NCBI GenBank assembly: GCA_021783095.1
Contig: JAJXUG010000014.1
Coordinates: 1,895-65,894, forward strand
Direction of reading: 5' to 3'
Origin: Chloroflexota bacterium
Lineage (GTDB): Bacteria; Chloroflexota; Limnocylindria; Limnocylindrales; CSP1-4
Length of the DNA: 64,000 nt
The translations under genes and the position numbers were made by a program. Numbering within the stretch: the stretch's first letter is position 1; the number at the start of each line of letters is the position of its first letter. This document shows, one piece after another, positions 39,103 to 48,346 of this stretch. The notes beneath the pieces are model-generated. The model saw nothing but the letters and a program-made list of their open reading frames with translations. It was not told the DNA's origin and ran no database searches.

Positions 39103-39225
39103 CGGCTGCCGACACGGGGGCGGCCGAAGCCGGGCTGATCCGGGCCCGGCCACTCGGGTCGAAGCCGGGCCAGTCGGGACCGACGGAAGGCCGGAGGGGC
39201 GGGAGCAGGCCCGAGTCTGCGACGA

Positions 39226-39711
39226 CTACGCCCGCTCGCCCGCCAGGTAGGCCCCGAGCGCCTCGACGATCAGTGCGTGGTCGCGCTCCTGGGGCAGCCC
39301 CGACACGAGCGCCACACCCACGACGCCCGTCCCGCGGACGGCCAGCGGGTAGCCGCCGCCGTGCGGCGCGTACGCGGGCCGGCCGAGCCCGGTCGAGGCC
39401 TCGAACGTCGTGCCCTCGGCGAGGTACCGCTGGCGGACGTACCAGGAGGAGTGCCCGAAGCGCTCGACCACGGCCGCCTTGCCCGCGATCCACACGTCGT
39501 TGTCGGGCGATGTCCCCGGCAGCGCCGCCCGGAACACCACCCGGCCCACCCGCCGCACCTCGATGGTGACGGCGAGCGACCGCGCCTGGGCGCGGGCAAG
39601 GAGCAGCGTCCCGATCGCGATGGCATCGGCCTCATCCAGCGAGGGCAGCGCCAGGCGCCCCTCCTCCTCGAGCAGCGCCGCCGGGTCAGTCGCAGATTCG
39701 ACCGTGCTCAT
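39226..39711 (-). CDS. UPF0303 / heme-degrading-like domain protein
   Basis: PGTSPDNDVWIAGK..RFGHSS..YAPHGGGYP..VSGLPQERDH. Confidence 0.82.
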   Translation of the reverse strand: MSTVESATDPAALLEEEGRLALPSLDEADAIAIGTLLLARAQARSLAVTIEVRRVGRVVFRAALPGTSPDNDVWIAGKAAVVERFGHSSWYVRQRYLAEGTTFEASTGLGRPAYAPHGGGYPLAVRGTGVVGVALVSGLPQERDHALIVEALGAYLAGERA

Positions 39712-40670
39712 CAGAACAGCATCTCCGCCATCAGGTCGATCATCGGGAGGTCCCACGGCAGGAAGTCCTGGAGCATGAGCCGCTCCGCGCCCGCCGCCTC
39801 GAACCGCGCCACAGCCTCGCGGGCCTGGTCACGCCCGCCGTAGACCCAGCGCGGCTTGCGCTCGGCGAACCAGGCGTCGAAATCCTCGCCCGCCCCGCCG
39901 AACAGGTCCGCGACGGCCGTCTCGCGGCGCCGGAGCTCGTCCTCGTCTCGCCCGAGGAGCACGCCCGCCATCGCGGAGTGGGCCAGGCTCGAGGGCTCGC
40001 GGCCAATCGCCTCGCAGGCCGCATCGAGGGCCGCGTACTTCTCGGCCGCCACCTCCGGGCTGGACGACGAGAGGTTGAACTCGTCCGCGTGGCGAGCCGC
40101 GATCCGCAAGGCGCGCGGCGAGCCGGTGCCGCCGGTGATGAGGTTCGGCCGCCCGCCGTCCCGGCCGGGCAGCGAGGCCGGCTTCGGCCGGAACAACGCG
40201 TCCTCCACGGTGTAGTGGCGGCCCGCGAACGACCAGCCGTCGGGGCCCTCCCAGAGCCCGTGGAGGATCTCGAGCGTCTCCTCCAGGCGTTCCGCCCGCT
40301 CTCCGATGGGCGGGAACGGGAACCCGTGGGCCACATGCTCGTGATCGTGCCAGCCCGCGCCCAGACCCAGCTCGATGCGCCCGCCCGACATCTCGTCCAC
40401 GGTCACGGCGACCTTGGCCAGGTTGCCCGGCGTCCGGAACGTCACCGGCGACACGAGCGCCCCGAGCTTGATCGTGGTCGTCTCGCGCGCAAGGCCGGCG
40501 AGCACCGCCCAGGCGTCCGTCGTGGGTCTGCCGGCCTCACCCGGGAAGCTCTCGTAGTGGTCCGACCGGAACAGCGTCTCGAAGCCGAGCGCCTCGGCCC
40601 GTTGGGCGATGGCCAGCTGCTCCGCGTACGAAAGACCCTGCTGCGGCTCGATCATCAGCGAGAAGCGCAT
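39711..40670 (-). CDS. LLM-class F420-dependent oxidoreductase (TIGR03560-like)
   Basis: EPQQG, FRSDHY, TDAWAVLAGLARET, SPVTFR, SGGRIELGLGAGW. Confidence 0.88.
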   Translation of the reverse strand: MRFSLMIEPQQGLSYAEQLAIAQRAEALGFETLFRSDHYESFPGEAGRPTTDAWAVLAGLARETTTIKLGALVSPVTFRTPGNLAKVAVTVDEMSGGRIELGLGAGWHDHEHVAHGFPFPPIGERAERLEETLEILHGLWEGPDGWSFAGRHYTVEDALFRPKPASLPGRDGGRPNLITGGTGSPRALRIAARHADEFNLSSSSPEVAAEKYAALDAACEAIGREPSSLAHSAMAGVLLGRDEDELRRRETAVADLFGGAGEDFDAWFAERKPRWVYGGRDQAREAVARFEAAGAERLMLQDFLPWDLPMIDLMAEMLF

Positions 40671-40705
40671 CGGTGCTCCCTTCCTGGGCGCGGGGGCCCT
40701 TCTGG

Positions 40706-40736
40706 TTGACAGAACTATTCGTGTCGAGTAAATACT
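40706..40736 (+). promoter_or_regulatory. sigma70-like promoter of marR with overlapping palindromes
   Basis: TTGACA 40706-40711, 17-nt spacer, TAAATA 40729-40734; TATTCG-TGT-CGAGTA and AGTA-AA-TACT overlap it. Confidence 0.55.
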
Positions 40737-40743
40737 TCATGCG

Positions 40744-41298
40744 ATGGAAACAACTGTCGAATCCGATCCCACCGCCGAACGCCGGCAGGCCGCGGAGACC
40801 GTGCTCGCCGGCCTCGCCGTCGCTGTCGGGTCGCTTCGGTGCGCCGGCTCGCAGCGGCTGGTCCGGCTGGGCATCAGCATGACGCACTTCAACGTCCTCA
40901 CGCTGCTCCGCCACCACGAGGCGATGCCGATGGGTCGGCTCGCGGACATCCTGGATGCGTCGATGTCGAACGCCACCGGGATCATCGACCGGATGGAGGA
41001 GCGCGGGCTCGTGGAGCGGGTCCGGGTCCCGGACGACCGGCGCGTGGTGCTGGTGAGGCCCACGAAGGCAGGCCTCGACCTCGTGGACGACGTGGAACTC
41101 GTCAAGAACGAGGTCATGATCCGGGCGCTCGCCCGCCTCGACGATGCCCAGCTCGAGCGCCTCTCCGCGGCGGCAGCCGACATCGGTGAGGCCGTCGAGG
41201 CGGAGATGGCCAGCCATCCCGAGCGCTTCGGCGACCTCGAGCCCCACCTGCGCACGCACCTGCACCCGCACGCCCGCGCCGCCCAGCCAGCCCCCTGA
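40744..41298 (+). CDS. MarR family transcriptional regulator
   Basis: MGRLADILDASMSNATGIIDRMEERGLVER..DRRVVLVRPT. Confidence 0.92.
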   Translation: METTVESDPTAERRQAAETVLAGLAVAVGSLRCAGSQRLVRLGISMTHFNVLTLLRHHEAMPMGRLADILDASMSNATGIIDRMEERGLVERVRVPDDRRVVLVRPTKAGLDLVDDVELVKNEVMIRALARLDDAQLERLSAAAADIGEAVEAEMASHPERFGDLEPHLRTHLHPHARAAQPAP

Positions 41299-41349
41299 GG
41301 GCCAGCGTCCCACCCCGCCCGCGTGGCGGCGATCCAGAAAGGAACCATC

Positions 41350-43050
41350 GTGGAAGCCCTTCCGTTCGACGAAGGCCCGGAGACCCCGGACTTCGCCCAT
41401 GACCCGGCTCTCGGGCTGGCGCGGCGGACGAAGTTCGAGATCCTCGCCGCCATCCTGCTTGCGATGTTCCTCGGCGCCCTCGACCAGACGATCGTCGGTC
41501 CCGTCCTGCCGCGGATCGTCGGCGACCTCAACGGCGCCGACTACTACACCTGGGTCGTGACGGCCTACCTGCTCACGAGCACGGTCACCGTCCCGGTCTA
41601 CGGCAAGCTGTCCGACCTGTACGGCCGCCGGCCGATGCTGCTGCTGGGCATCGTGCTGTTCCTGGTGGGCTCCGCGCTGTCGGGACTGAGCCAGTCGATG
41701 TGGCAGCTGATCCTGTTCCGGGGCATCCAGGGCCTGGGCGCGGGCTCGTTGTTCCCGATCGCCCTCGCGGTCATCGGCGACCTGTTCACGCCGGCCGAGC
41801 GCGGCAAGTACCAGGGCCTGTTCGGCGCCGTCTTCGGCATCGCGTTCCTGCTCGGCCCGGGCCTGGGCGGGTTCCTGACCGACACCTTCAGCTGGCACGC
41901 CATCTTCTACGTCAACGTGCCGATCGGCATCCTCGCCCTGGTCGTGATCACAGCCCTGCTGCCCAACGTGCGCAAGGAGGGCGCCCGGCCGAAGATCGAC
42001 GTGCTCGGCAGCGCCACGCTGGTGGGCGGCCTGGTGCCGATCCTGATCGCGCTCACGATCGCCGAGGACGGCAACTGGGGCAACCCCTGGATCTGGGGGC
42101 TGATCGGCCTGGGCGTCGTGCTGATCGTGACGTTCGTGGTCATCGAGGCGCGAACAGAAGAGCCGATCATCCCGCTCCACCTGTTCCGCAGCCGCACCTT
42201 CAGCGCCTCGATGGTCGCCATCTTCCTCGCGACGTTCGGGTTCGGCGCCGCGATCATCTTCCTGCCGCTGTACTACCAGGTCGTGCAGGGCGCCAGCGCC
42301 ACCGAATCGGGCTACAAGCTGCTGCCGTTCCTCGGCGGCCTGATCCTGAGCTCCATCGCCTCGGGCCAGGTCGTGGCGCGCACCGGGCGCTACAAGCCGG
42401 TGCTCCTGGTCGGCATGGTGTTCCTCGCCGTCGGCCTGGCGCTGATGACGCAGCTCCGCGCCGAAACCTCCGACGCGATGCTCTGGTCCTGGATGTTCGT
42501 CACCGGGCTGGGCGTCGGCCCGACGTTCGCCGTGTTCACCATCGTGGTCCAGAACTCGGTGCCGTTCCACGAGCTGGGCGCGGCCACGAGCGACCTGACG
42601 CTGTTCCGCCAGATCGGGACCACCGTCGGGCTCACGATGGCGTTCACGCTGTTCCGCAACAACCTCACGTGGGACCTGCTGCGCAGCGAGATCGTCAACC
42701 GCGGCGTGCCCGCGACGTTCGTCCCGGCGGCAGCACCGCCGGGCTTCGACCTCGGCGCGCTGACCAACCCAGTGGGCGCCAGCACCGCGATGGACTTCCT
42801 GACCAAGGTCCCGGCGCAGGTCCAGCCGCTGTTCGTCGAGGGCTTCCACAGCGCGCTGACCATCGCGATCGCGAACAGCATGTGGCTGGGCGTGGGCGCG
42901 ACGATCGCCGCGCTGGGGGCCACCGTGTTCCTCCACGAGATCCCGCTTCGGCAGACGCACGCCCCCCGGGCCACGTCCGCAGCGTCCTCGACGACGGGCG
43001 AGGGGCGCGCCAACATCGCCGAGGCCACCAGCCGGACCGCCCTCGATTGA
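41350..43050 (+). CDS. MFS drug:H+ antiporter (DHA2/EmrB-QacA type)
   Basis: LGALDQTIV, GKLSDLYGRR, FRGIQGLG, WHAIFYVNVP, 14-TM layout; GTG 41350 after GAAAGGA. Confidence 0.93.
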   Translation: MEALPFDEGPETPDFAHDPALGLARRTKFEILAAILLAMFLGALDQTIVGPVLPRIVGDLNGADYYTWVVTAYLLTSTVTVPVYGKLSDLYGRRPMLLLGIVLFLVGSALSGLSQSMWQLILFRGIQGLGAGSLFPIALAVIGDLFTPAERGKYQGLFGAVFGIAFLLGPGLGGFLTDTFSWHAIFYVNVPIGILALVVITALLPNVRKEGARPKIDVLGSATLVGGLVPILIALTIAEDGNWGNPWIWGLIGLGVVLIVTFVVIEARTEEPIIPLHLFRSRTFSASMVAIFLATFGFGAAIIFLPLYYQVVQGASATESGYKLLPFLGGLILSSIASGQVVARTGRYKPVLLVGMVFLAVGLALMTQLRAETSDAMLWSWMFVTGLGVGPTFAVFTIVVQNSVPFHELGAATSDLTLFRQIGTTVGLTMAFTLFRNNLTWDLLRSEIVNRGVPATFVPAAAPPGFDLGALTNPVGASTAMDFLTKVPAQVQPLFVEGFHSALTIAIANSMWLGVGATIAALGATVFLHEIPLRQTHAPRATSAASSTTGEGRANIAEATSRTALD

Positions 43051-43060
43051 GGCCGCCACC

Positions 43061-43540
43061 ATGGCCAGCGTGCTCGCGTTCCCGCCGCTGCGGCTCGCAC
43101 CCGGGTCGGACGCCGCGCCGTTCGCCCCGGCGCTCCCGCTGGCCGAACTGCCGGCGGGGGCGATGCGGCGGGTCACGTTCGGCGACGTCGACGTGCTGCT
43201 GGCGCACACGTCGTCGGGGATCGCCGCCGTGGACGACCGCTGCCCGCACATGGCGGCGCCGCTCTCGATCGGCGAGCTCGACGGGTGCGTCGTGGCCTGC
43301 CCGCTGCACAACGGGCGGTTCGACCTGTCAACCGGCGAGCCGATCCAGATGCCCACCACGGGCGGCCTGCTCCCCGATGGCGACTACGTCCCCACGTGGT
43401 CGCCGCCCGGTCGGGAGCCCAAGGAGGACCCGCCCGGCAAGAAGGCGGACGCTCGTCGGCTCACCCGCGTCCGGCGGTTCCGCTACTACCCGGTGCGAAT
43501 CTCCGACGATGGCGTGGTGGAGGTGGCGGTTCCGCGCTGA
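43061..43540 (+). CDS. Rieske [2Fe-2S] ferredoxin-like protein
   Basis: CPH-x16-CPLH Rieske motif (DRCPHM...VACPLHNGRF). Confidence 0.9.
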   Translation: MASVLAFPPLRLAPGSDAAPFAPALPLAELPAGAMRRVTFGDVDVLLAHTSSGIAAVDDRCPHMAAPLSIGELDGCVVACPLHNGRFDLSTGEPIQMPTTGGLLPDGDYVPTWSPPGREPKEDPPGKKADARRLTRVRRFRYYPVRISDDGVVEVAVPR

Positions 43541-43731
43541 GCCAGGACGGAGCCAGCCGATGAGCAACCTCTCATCTCAGCCACAGCGGCCGCTGAGATC
43601 TCCCGTCCGATGCTGCGTGGCATCCGAGGCCGGTACTCTCCTCCCCGCCGGTAGCGGATGAAGCGGCAACATGTCGGAGCCCCCGCAGAGCTCTGGCGAC
43701 CGACGGAAGCGACGCAGCCCCCGCCCCCCAG

Positions 43732-43823
43732 GGATTGCGTCGTTTTCGTTTGTGGCGCGGGGTTCGCCTCGGACTCGCGTCGGCCCCGGGATCCTCCGGA
43801 TCGCGTCGTCTTGGTTGGTGGCG
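43732..43823. repeat. imperfect 26-nt direct repeat, 66-nt period
   Basis: GGATTGCGTCGTTTTCGTTTGTGGCG (43732) vs GGATCGCGTCGTCTTGGTTGGTGGCG (43798). Confidence 0.6.
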
Positions 43824-43861
43824 GAGCGGGTCTCGCTGGTCGCCGCCCCCGGCACCGGGGG

Positions 43862-44821
43862 CTAGCGATTGCGCTCGACGAACAGGATCCCGCCCAGGAC
43901 GATCGCGGCCCCGACGAGCTGCACCGGCGTCAGCACCTCGCCCAGCACGAGCCACGCGATGGCGGTGGCGATGATCGGCTCGGTCATGCCCACCACCGAG
44001 GCCTGCGACGCCCGCAGGTGCTGCATCGACACGACCACCAGCGAGAACGGGACCACCGTCCCGAGCAGGACCACGTACCCCACGAGCAGCGGCACGGGCC
44101 AGGCGACGGCGCCCGTCGCGGGCACGGTGGTGCTCCCCGCCATCGACGCCCAAGGGAACGACCACCATGGCTGGGCCACCACCCAGAACAGCGCCGCGGC
44201 GCCCATGCCCCACATCGTGAGCGACACCGGGTCGCGCCGGTACGGCCCGCGGACCTGCGCGTCGGCGCTGAGGTAGTAGACGACGAGCGCCAGCATCGCC
44301 CCGACCGCCGCGATGACCCCGATCGCATCGAGCTGGAATCCCTGCCAGACCTGAGCGACCACGGCGAGGCCGACGAGCGCCGCCAGCAGGCCCACCCACA
44401 CGGCCGGGGGCGTCGAGTGGCCGAGTCGGAAGCGGAACCAGAGCGCGATCACGAGCGGCGAGGTGAACTCGATCAGCAGGGAGATGCTGATCGGGATGCG
44501 CGAGATCGACACGAAGTAGAGCGACTGCGTCGCGGCGACGCCGAGGATCCCGTACACGAGCAGCAGCGGGAGCTCGCCGCGCCGGAGCCGCAGCGCCGAT
44601 CGGCGCGTGAACGCGACGAACACGAGGAGCACCAGGAACGCGCCCGTGGTCCGCAGCTGCGAGAGGCGCAGCGCGTCGACGCCCGTCTCCATCGCCGCCT
44701 TGGCGACGGTCCCGTTGAGCGAGAACAGGAACGCGGCGACCAGGTACAGCGCGTACCCGCGGAGGGGGCTCCTCCGGAGCGCCGGAACGACGCCCGGCAG
44801 CGGCTCGGCGAGGTCGGTCAC
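43862..44821 (-). CDS. DMT/EamA family transporter
   Basis: About 10 TM helices; LIEFTSP; MTEPIIATAIAWLVLGE. Confidence 0.87.
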   Translation of the reverse strand: MTDLAEPLPGVVPALRRSPLRGYALYLVAAFLFSLNGTVAKAAMETGVDALRLSQLRTTGAFLVLLVFVAFTRRSALRLRRGELPLLLVYGILGVAATQSLYFVSISRIPISISLLIEFTSPLVIALWFRFRLGHSTPPAVWVGLLAALVGLAVVAQVWQGFQLDAIGVIAAVGAMLALVVYYLSADAQVRGPYRRDPVSLTMWGMGAAALFWVVAQPWWSFPWASMAGSTTVPATGAVAWPVPLLVGYVVLLGTVVPFSLVVVSMQHLRASQASVVGMTEPIIATAIAWLVLGEVLTPVQLVGAAIVLGGILFVERNR

Positions 44822-45639
44822 CCCTCGATGCCGTTGGCCTTCGCGTACGCGGCGATGATCGACACCGCCTCGGCCGGGTCGTCGGTGACCTTGAGCAGGG
44901 CGATGTCGCCTTCCGCAACCGCACCGGCGGGCAGCTGGACGGCGCGCATCCAGTCGATCAGGCCGTCCCAGTAGGCGTGGCCGATCAGCACGACCGGGAA
45001 GTTGCGGATCTTGCCGGTCTGGATGAGGGTCAGGCTCTCGAACAACTCGTCGAGCGTGCCGAAGCCGCCGGGCATGATCACGAACGCGTCCGCGTACTTC
45101 ACGAACATCGTCTTGCGGGCGAAGAAGTAGTGGAACGAGATCGACAGGTCGACGTAGGGATTGAGGTGCTGCTCGTGCGGCAGCTCGATGTTGCAGCCGA
45201 TCGAGAGGCCGCCCGCCTCGTGGGCGCCGCGGTTGGCCGCCTCCATCGACCCCGGGCCGCCGCCCGTGATCACGGCGAAGCCGGCCCGAGCCAGGTCACC
45301 GCCGATCCGGCGGGCAAGCTCGTACTGCGGGGTCTCGGTCCTCGTCCGCGCCGACCCGAACACCGCCACGGCCGGCCCGACGCCGGCGAGCGCCTCGAAC
45401 CCCTCGACGAACTCCGAGAGGATCCGCAGGACGCGCCACGTGTCCTCCTCGAGGAACGGCGGGCGGCCCGCCGGGCGCGTCGCGAGGAGCTTCTCGTCCT
45501 CGGTCGTGCGCCGGCCGCCCATGCGCTCGGCCGCCTCGGGGCGCATCGCCACGCGCCCGCTGCGGACGGTCCAGGGGCCCGGGGTCAGGGCGGGTGGCTT
45601 GGGATCCTGCGGGGTGCTCACGCTGAGGGAGGATGCCAC
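44818..45639 (-). CDS. LOG family nucleotide 5'-monophosphate phosphoribohydrolase (TIGR00730)
   Basis: VFGSAR, TGGGPGSMEAAN, YFFARK, PGGFGTLDE; exact start uncertain. Confidence 0.92.
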   Translation of the reverse strand: MASSLSVSTPQDPKPPALTPGPWTVRSGRVAMRPEAAERMGGRRTTEDEKLLATRPAGRPPFLEEDTWRVLRILSEFVEGFEALAGVGPAVAVFGSARTRTETPQYELARRIGGDLARAGFAVITGGGPGSMEAANRGAHEAGGLSIGCNIELPHEQHLNPYVDLSISFHYFFARKTMFVKYADAFVIMPGGFGTLDELFESLTLIQTGKIRNFPVVLIGHAYWDGLIDWMRAVQLPAGAVAEGDIALLKVTDDPAEAVSIIAAYAKANGIEG

Positions 45640-45803
45640 GCCGCGACGAGGAGCGTGGGCGCCCGGCGCAAGGCGACAGCGGCGCGGACTCGCGCGAAGG
45701 CCGTAACCCGAGGTGCAGGACGACCGTCTTCATGTCGGCCCGCCGACACTCGCGCCCGCAGACGGCGAGAAGCCCACGGCGAGGAGTACAGAGGCTCGAT
45801 CCC

Positions 45804-47615
45804 ATGGACGGCGCTAGTCGTTCTCGGCGTCCTGCGCGTCGTTTCGACGCCCTCCTCCTCGGTGTGCTATTGGCCGCCACTGCCTGCGGATCTCCCGCAC
45901 CCTCCCCTTCCGGCCCGCAGGCAGCACAATCGAGCGCAACCGTGGCGCCGCCGTCCCCCACTGCCTTCCCCAGTCCATCAGGAAACGCTGGGCCCACGTC
46001 GGCCCCCTCCGCCTCGCCGAATGCAGCCCCCGTCGCCGAGCTAGCCGCCGGGCTGCTGGCCATCACCGTGTCGGACGGCGTTCGCGTGCGATCGCTGCCG
46101 CATGTCGCGGACGACTCGATCAAGTACAGCCCCGTGCTGCCGACCGGCGCGAGCCTGCTCGTCACCGGCGGTCCCGTCGTCGCGAGCGGGTACACCTGGA
46201 TGGAAGTCGCCCCGCTGTCCGTCAAGCTCGCCGGCGGCGTCGATCGCGGATGGGTGGCCGTCGCGGACCATGACGGCACGCCATGGGTGGCTGTCGATCC
46301 CGATCCGACTCCAGGCTACGAGCTCGCGAGCAGCTCGGCCGCCCGGGTTGCGGGAACGCTCGCCGCGGCGAAGCGCGAGGCGTCCCAGGCGAACGCATTC
46401 GGCGTCGCGCTCTACCGCAAGCTCCTGGCCAGCGGGACCGTCAAGGCGTCGAGCGGCATGGTCTTCTCGCCGACGAGCATCGTGGACGCCCTCGCCATGG
46501 CCCGCGCGGGGGCAAAGGGCGAGACGGCGACGCAGATGGACGCAGTGCTGCGGGCAGCCGGCTGGGACGAGCTTGGCCTGGGGATCGCGTCTCTGGACGA
46601 GCAGCTCGCCTCACGCGACGCGACCTTCGCCGACTTCGAGGGGAAGCTGCACACGCTGGCGCTCCGACTCGCCAACATCGCCTTCGTCCAGCGCGGCTTC
46701 CCCGTTGACTCCACGTATCTCGCGCGCGTGGGCCGGACGTTCGGGGCCGGGATCGCCCTCGTGGACTTCAAGGCCGACACCGCAGGAGCGATCCGGGCGG
46801 TCAACGGCTGGGTCAGTCGCCAGACGATGGGGCGGATCCCGGTGATCGTGGACAAGAACTCGATCACGGACGCAACGCGCCTCGCGCTGGTGAACGCGAT
46901 CTACCTCAGGGCCAACTGGGCTCGGGAGTTCTGGCCGTCCCAGACGCGGCAGGAGGCGTTCGCTGTGCCCGGTGGCCGCGCCGTGAGCGTGGCGATGATG
47001 CACCAGGACGGCGCGCAGTCCATCGGCCTCGCGACGGGTCTCGGCTGGAAGGCGACCGAGCTCTACTACCTGGGCAAGGACGGCCGGCCGCTGGCGATGA
47101 CGCTGATCCTCCCCGACAACCTGACGGCCTTCGAGCGGACGCTCTCGACGAGCGTGCTCGACGCCGTGCAGGCGAAGATAACCGCCGAGGAGCGCCGTAT
47201 CGAGAAGTCGACGGAAGCCACCTCGGCCGGCGACTGCGGCACCTACGCGTACCAAGTCGCCCTCGGCCTGCCACGCTTCGGCGTGGAGACGGCGGTCGAG
47301 CTCGCGAGGATCCTCGGGGCGATGGGGATGCCGCTCGCGGTGACGCGCGGCGCGGCCGACTTCACGGCCATCAACCCTGACGCGCAGCTGTACATCAACG
47401 CCGTCGTCCACAAGGCGAACGTCGACGTGGACGAGAAGGGCACGACGGCCTCGGCCGCGACTGTCGTGAGCGTGGACACCGGCGGCTGCACGGGCCCGGA
47501 GCCGGCGAAGACGGTCGCGCTCACGTTCAACCGTCCCTTCCTATTCCTGATCAGGGACGTCAAGACCGGCGCGATCGCATTCATCGGCCGGGTAACGGAC
47601 CCGACCAAGCGCTGA
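45804..47615 (+). CDS. lipoprotein serpin with N-terminal SH3-like domain
   Basis: Lipobox LAATAC; FSPTSI, NGWVSRQT, LVNAIYLRANW, LILPD, LPRF, hinge DEKGTTASAAT, FNRPFLFLIRD, FIGRVTDP. Confidence 0.92.
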   Translation: MDGASRSRRPARRFDALLLGVLLAATACGSPAPSPSGPQAAQSSATVAPPSPTAFPSPSGNAGPTSAPSASPNAAPVAELAAGLLAITVSDGVRVRSLPHVADDSIKYSPVLPTGASLLVTGGPVVASGYTWMEVAPLSVKLAGGVDRGWVAVADHDGTPWVAVDPDPTPGYELASSSAARVAGTLAAAKREASQANAFGVALYRKLLASGTVKASSGMVFSPTSIVDALAMARAGAKGETATQMDAVLRAAGWDELGLGIASLDEQLASRDATFADFEGKLHTLALRLANIAFVQRGFPVDSTYLARVGRTFGAGIALVDFKADTAGAIRAVNGWVSRQTMGRIPVIVDKNSITDATRLALVNAIYLRANWAREFWPSQTRQEAFAVPGGRAVSVAMMHQDGAQSIGLATGLGWKATELYYLGKDGRPLAMTLILPDNLTAFERTLSTSVLDAVQAKITAEERRIEKSTEATSAGDCGTYAYQVALGLPRFGVETAVELARILGAMGMPLAVTRGAADFTAINPDAQLYINAVVHKANVDVDEKGTTASAATVVSVDTGGCTGPEPAKTVALTFNRPFLFLIRDVKTGAIAFIGRVTDPTKR

Positions 47616-47678
47616 CCGCGGCCACGTCCGGGACGCGATGTCTGCCCGACTGCCGCATGCCTAGCCGCGATGCGCCGC

Positions 47679-47868
47679 GGCGCCTACGAGCGCCGGACAA
47701 GAAGCGCCCGGTCGCGGCGCTCGACGAGCGCCAAGCTGCCGCTTCGCCGTGTCGTCGGGCCGATCCTGGCGCTCGCGACACGCCATTCCCCGCGCCGTGG
47801 CGCTCGCACAGCGCCATCCTGAACACCGCGGGGCTCGACACCAATGACTTGGCGCGCCGACAGCGCCA
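47679..47868. repeat. array of five short palindromic units (consensus TGGCGCTCGnACAGCGCCA)
   Basis: Units at 47679, 47716, 47767, 47798, 47850 between convergent serpin and arsC-family genes. Confidence 0.7.
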
Positions 47869-47902
47869 CTGAGGCGAACGATGCCGTCCGAGGCGTGGGC
47901 CC

Positions 47903-48295
47903 CTACTTCGGCCGGGCGAGCCAGGCCCTCCAGGCGTCCTCGGCCTTGCCCGCGGTCACATCGTCGCCGTAGCGCACCAGCGGCAGGCGGAGGAGCCGCA
48001 CGTCCGAGAGGAGGCGGGCCGCGATGCCGGCCGTGTCGGTGGTCAGGTACGCGAGGCCCTGCTCCTTGTACTGGCGGCTCTCGGTGTCGAGACACGCCGC
48101 CGCGCCCAGCTTGTCCGTGAACCGGCGCAGCTCCCCGGCCGCGATGGGCTTCTTGCGCAGGTCCACGAAGTGCACGACGATCCGCCGCTCCCGGAAGAAC
48201 CGCAGCGCGCCGCGCGTGGCCTGCGAGTCCTCGAGGCCGAAGACCTGGATGTTCGGCATCTTCTTGGTGGGCGTCTTGCCGAGCGGGGCGGGCAT
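47903..48295 (-). CDS. ArsC/Spx/YffB family protein
   Basis: IQVFG..TRGALRFFRER..FVDLRKKPIAAGELRRF..LLRLPLVRYG; TACCCT 6 nt before ATG. Confidence 0.82.
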   Translation of the reverse strand: MPAPLGKTPTKKMPNIQVFGLEDSQATRGALRFFRERRIVVHFVDLRKKPIAAGELRRFTDKLGAAACLDTESRQYKEQGLAYLTTDTAGIAARLLSDVRLLRLPLVRYGDDVTAGKAEDAWRAWLARPK

Positions 48296-48346
48296 GGGCG
48301 CAGGGTAGCGCGCTGGCCGCGTACCATGGCGGCAGGAGGATCCCCG

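Noticed and set aside
40537..43359. 940-aa minus-strand ORF
   Set aside because: Antisense shadow of marR-MFS-Rieske
47679..47868. Possible CRISPR array
   Set aside because: Units are 16-19 nt and non-identical, linkers range 12-34 nt, with no leader or cas genes
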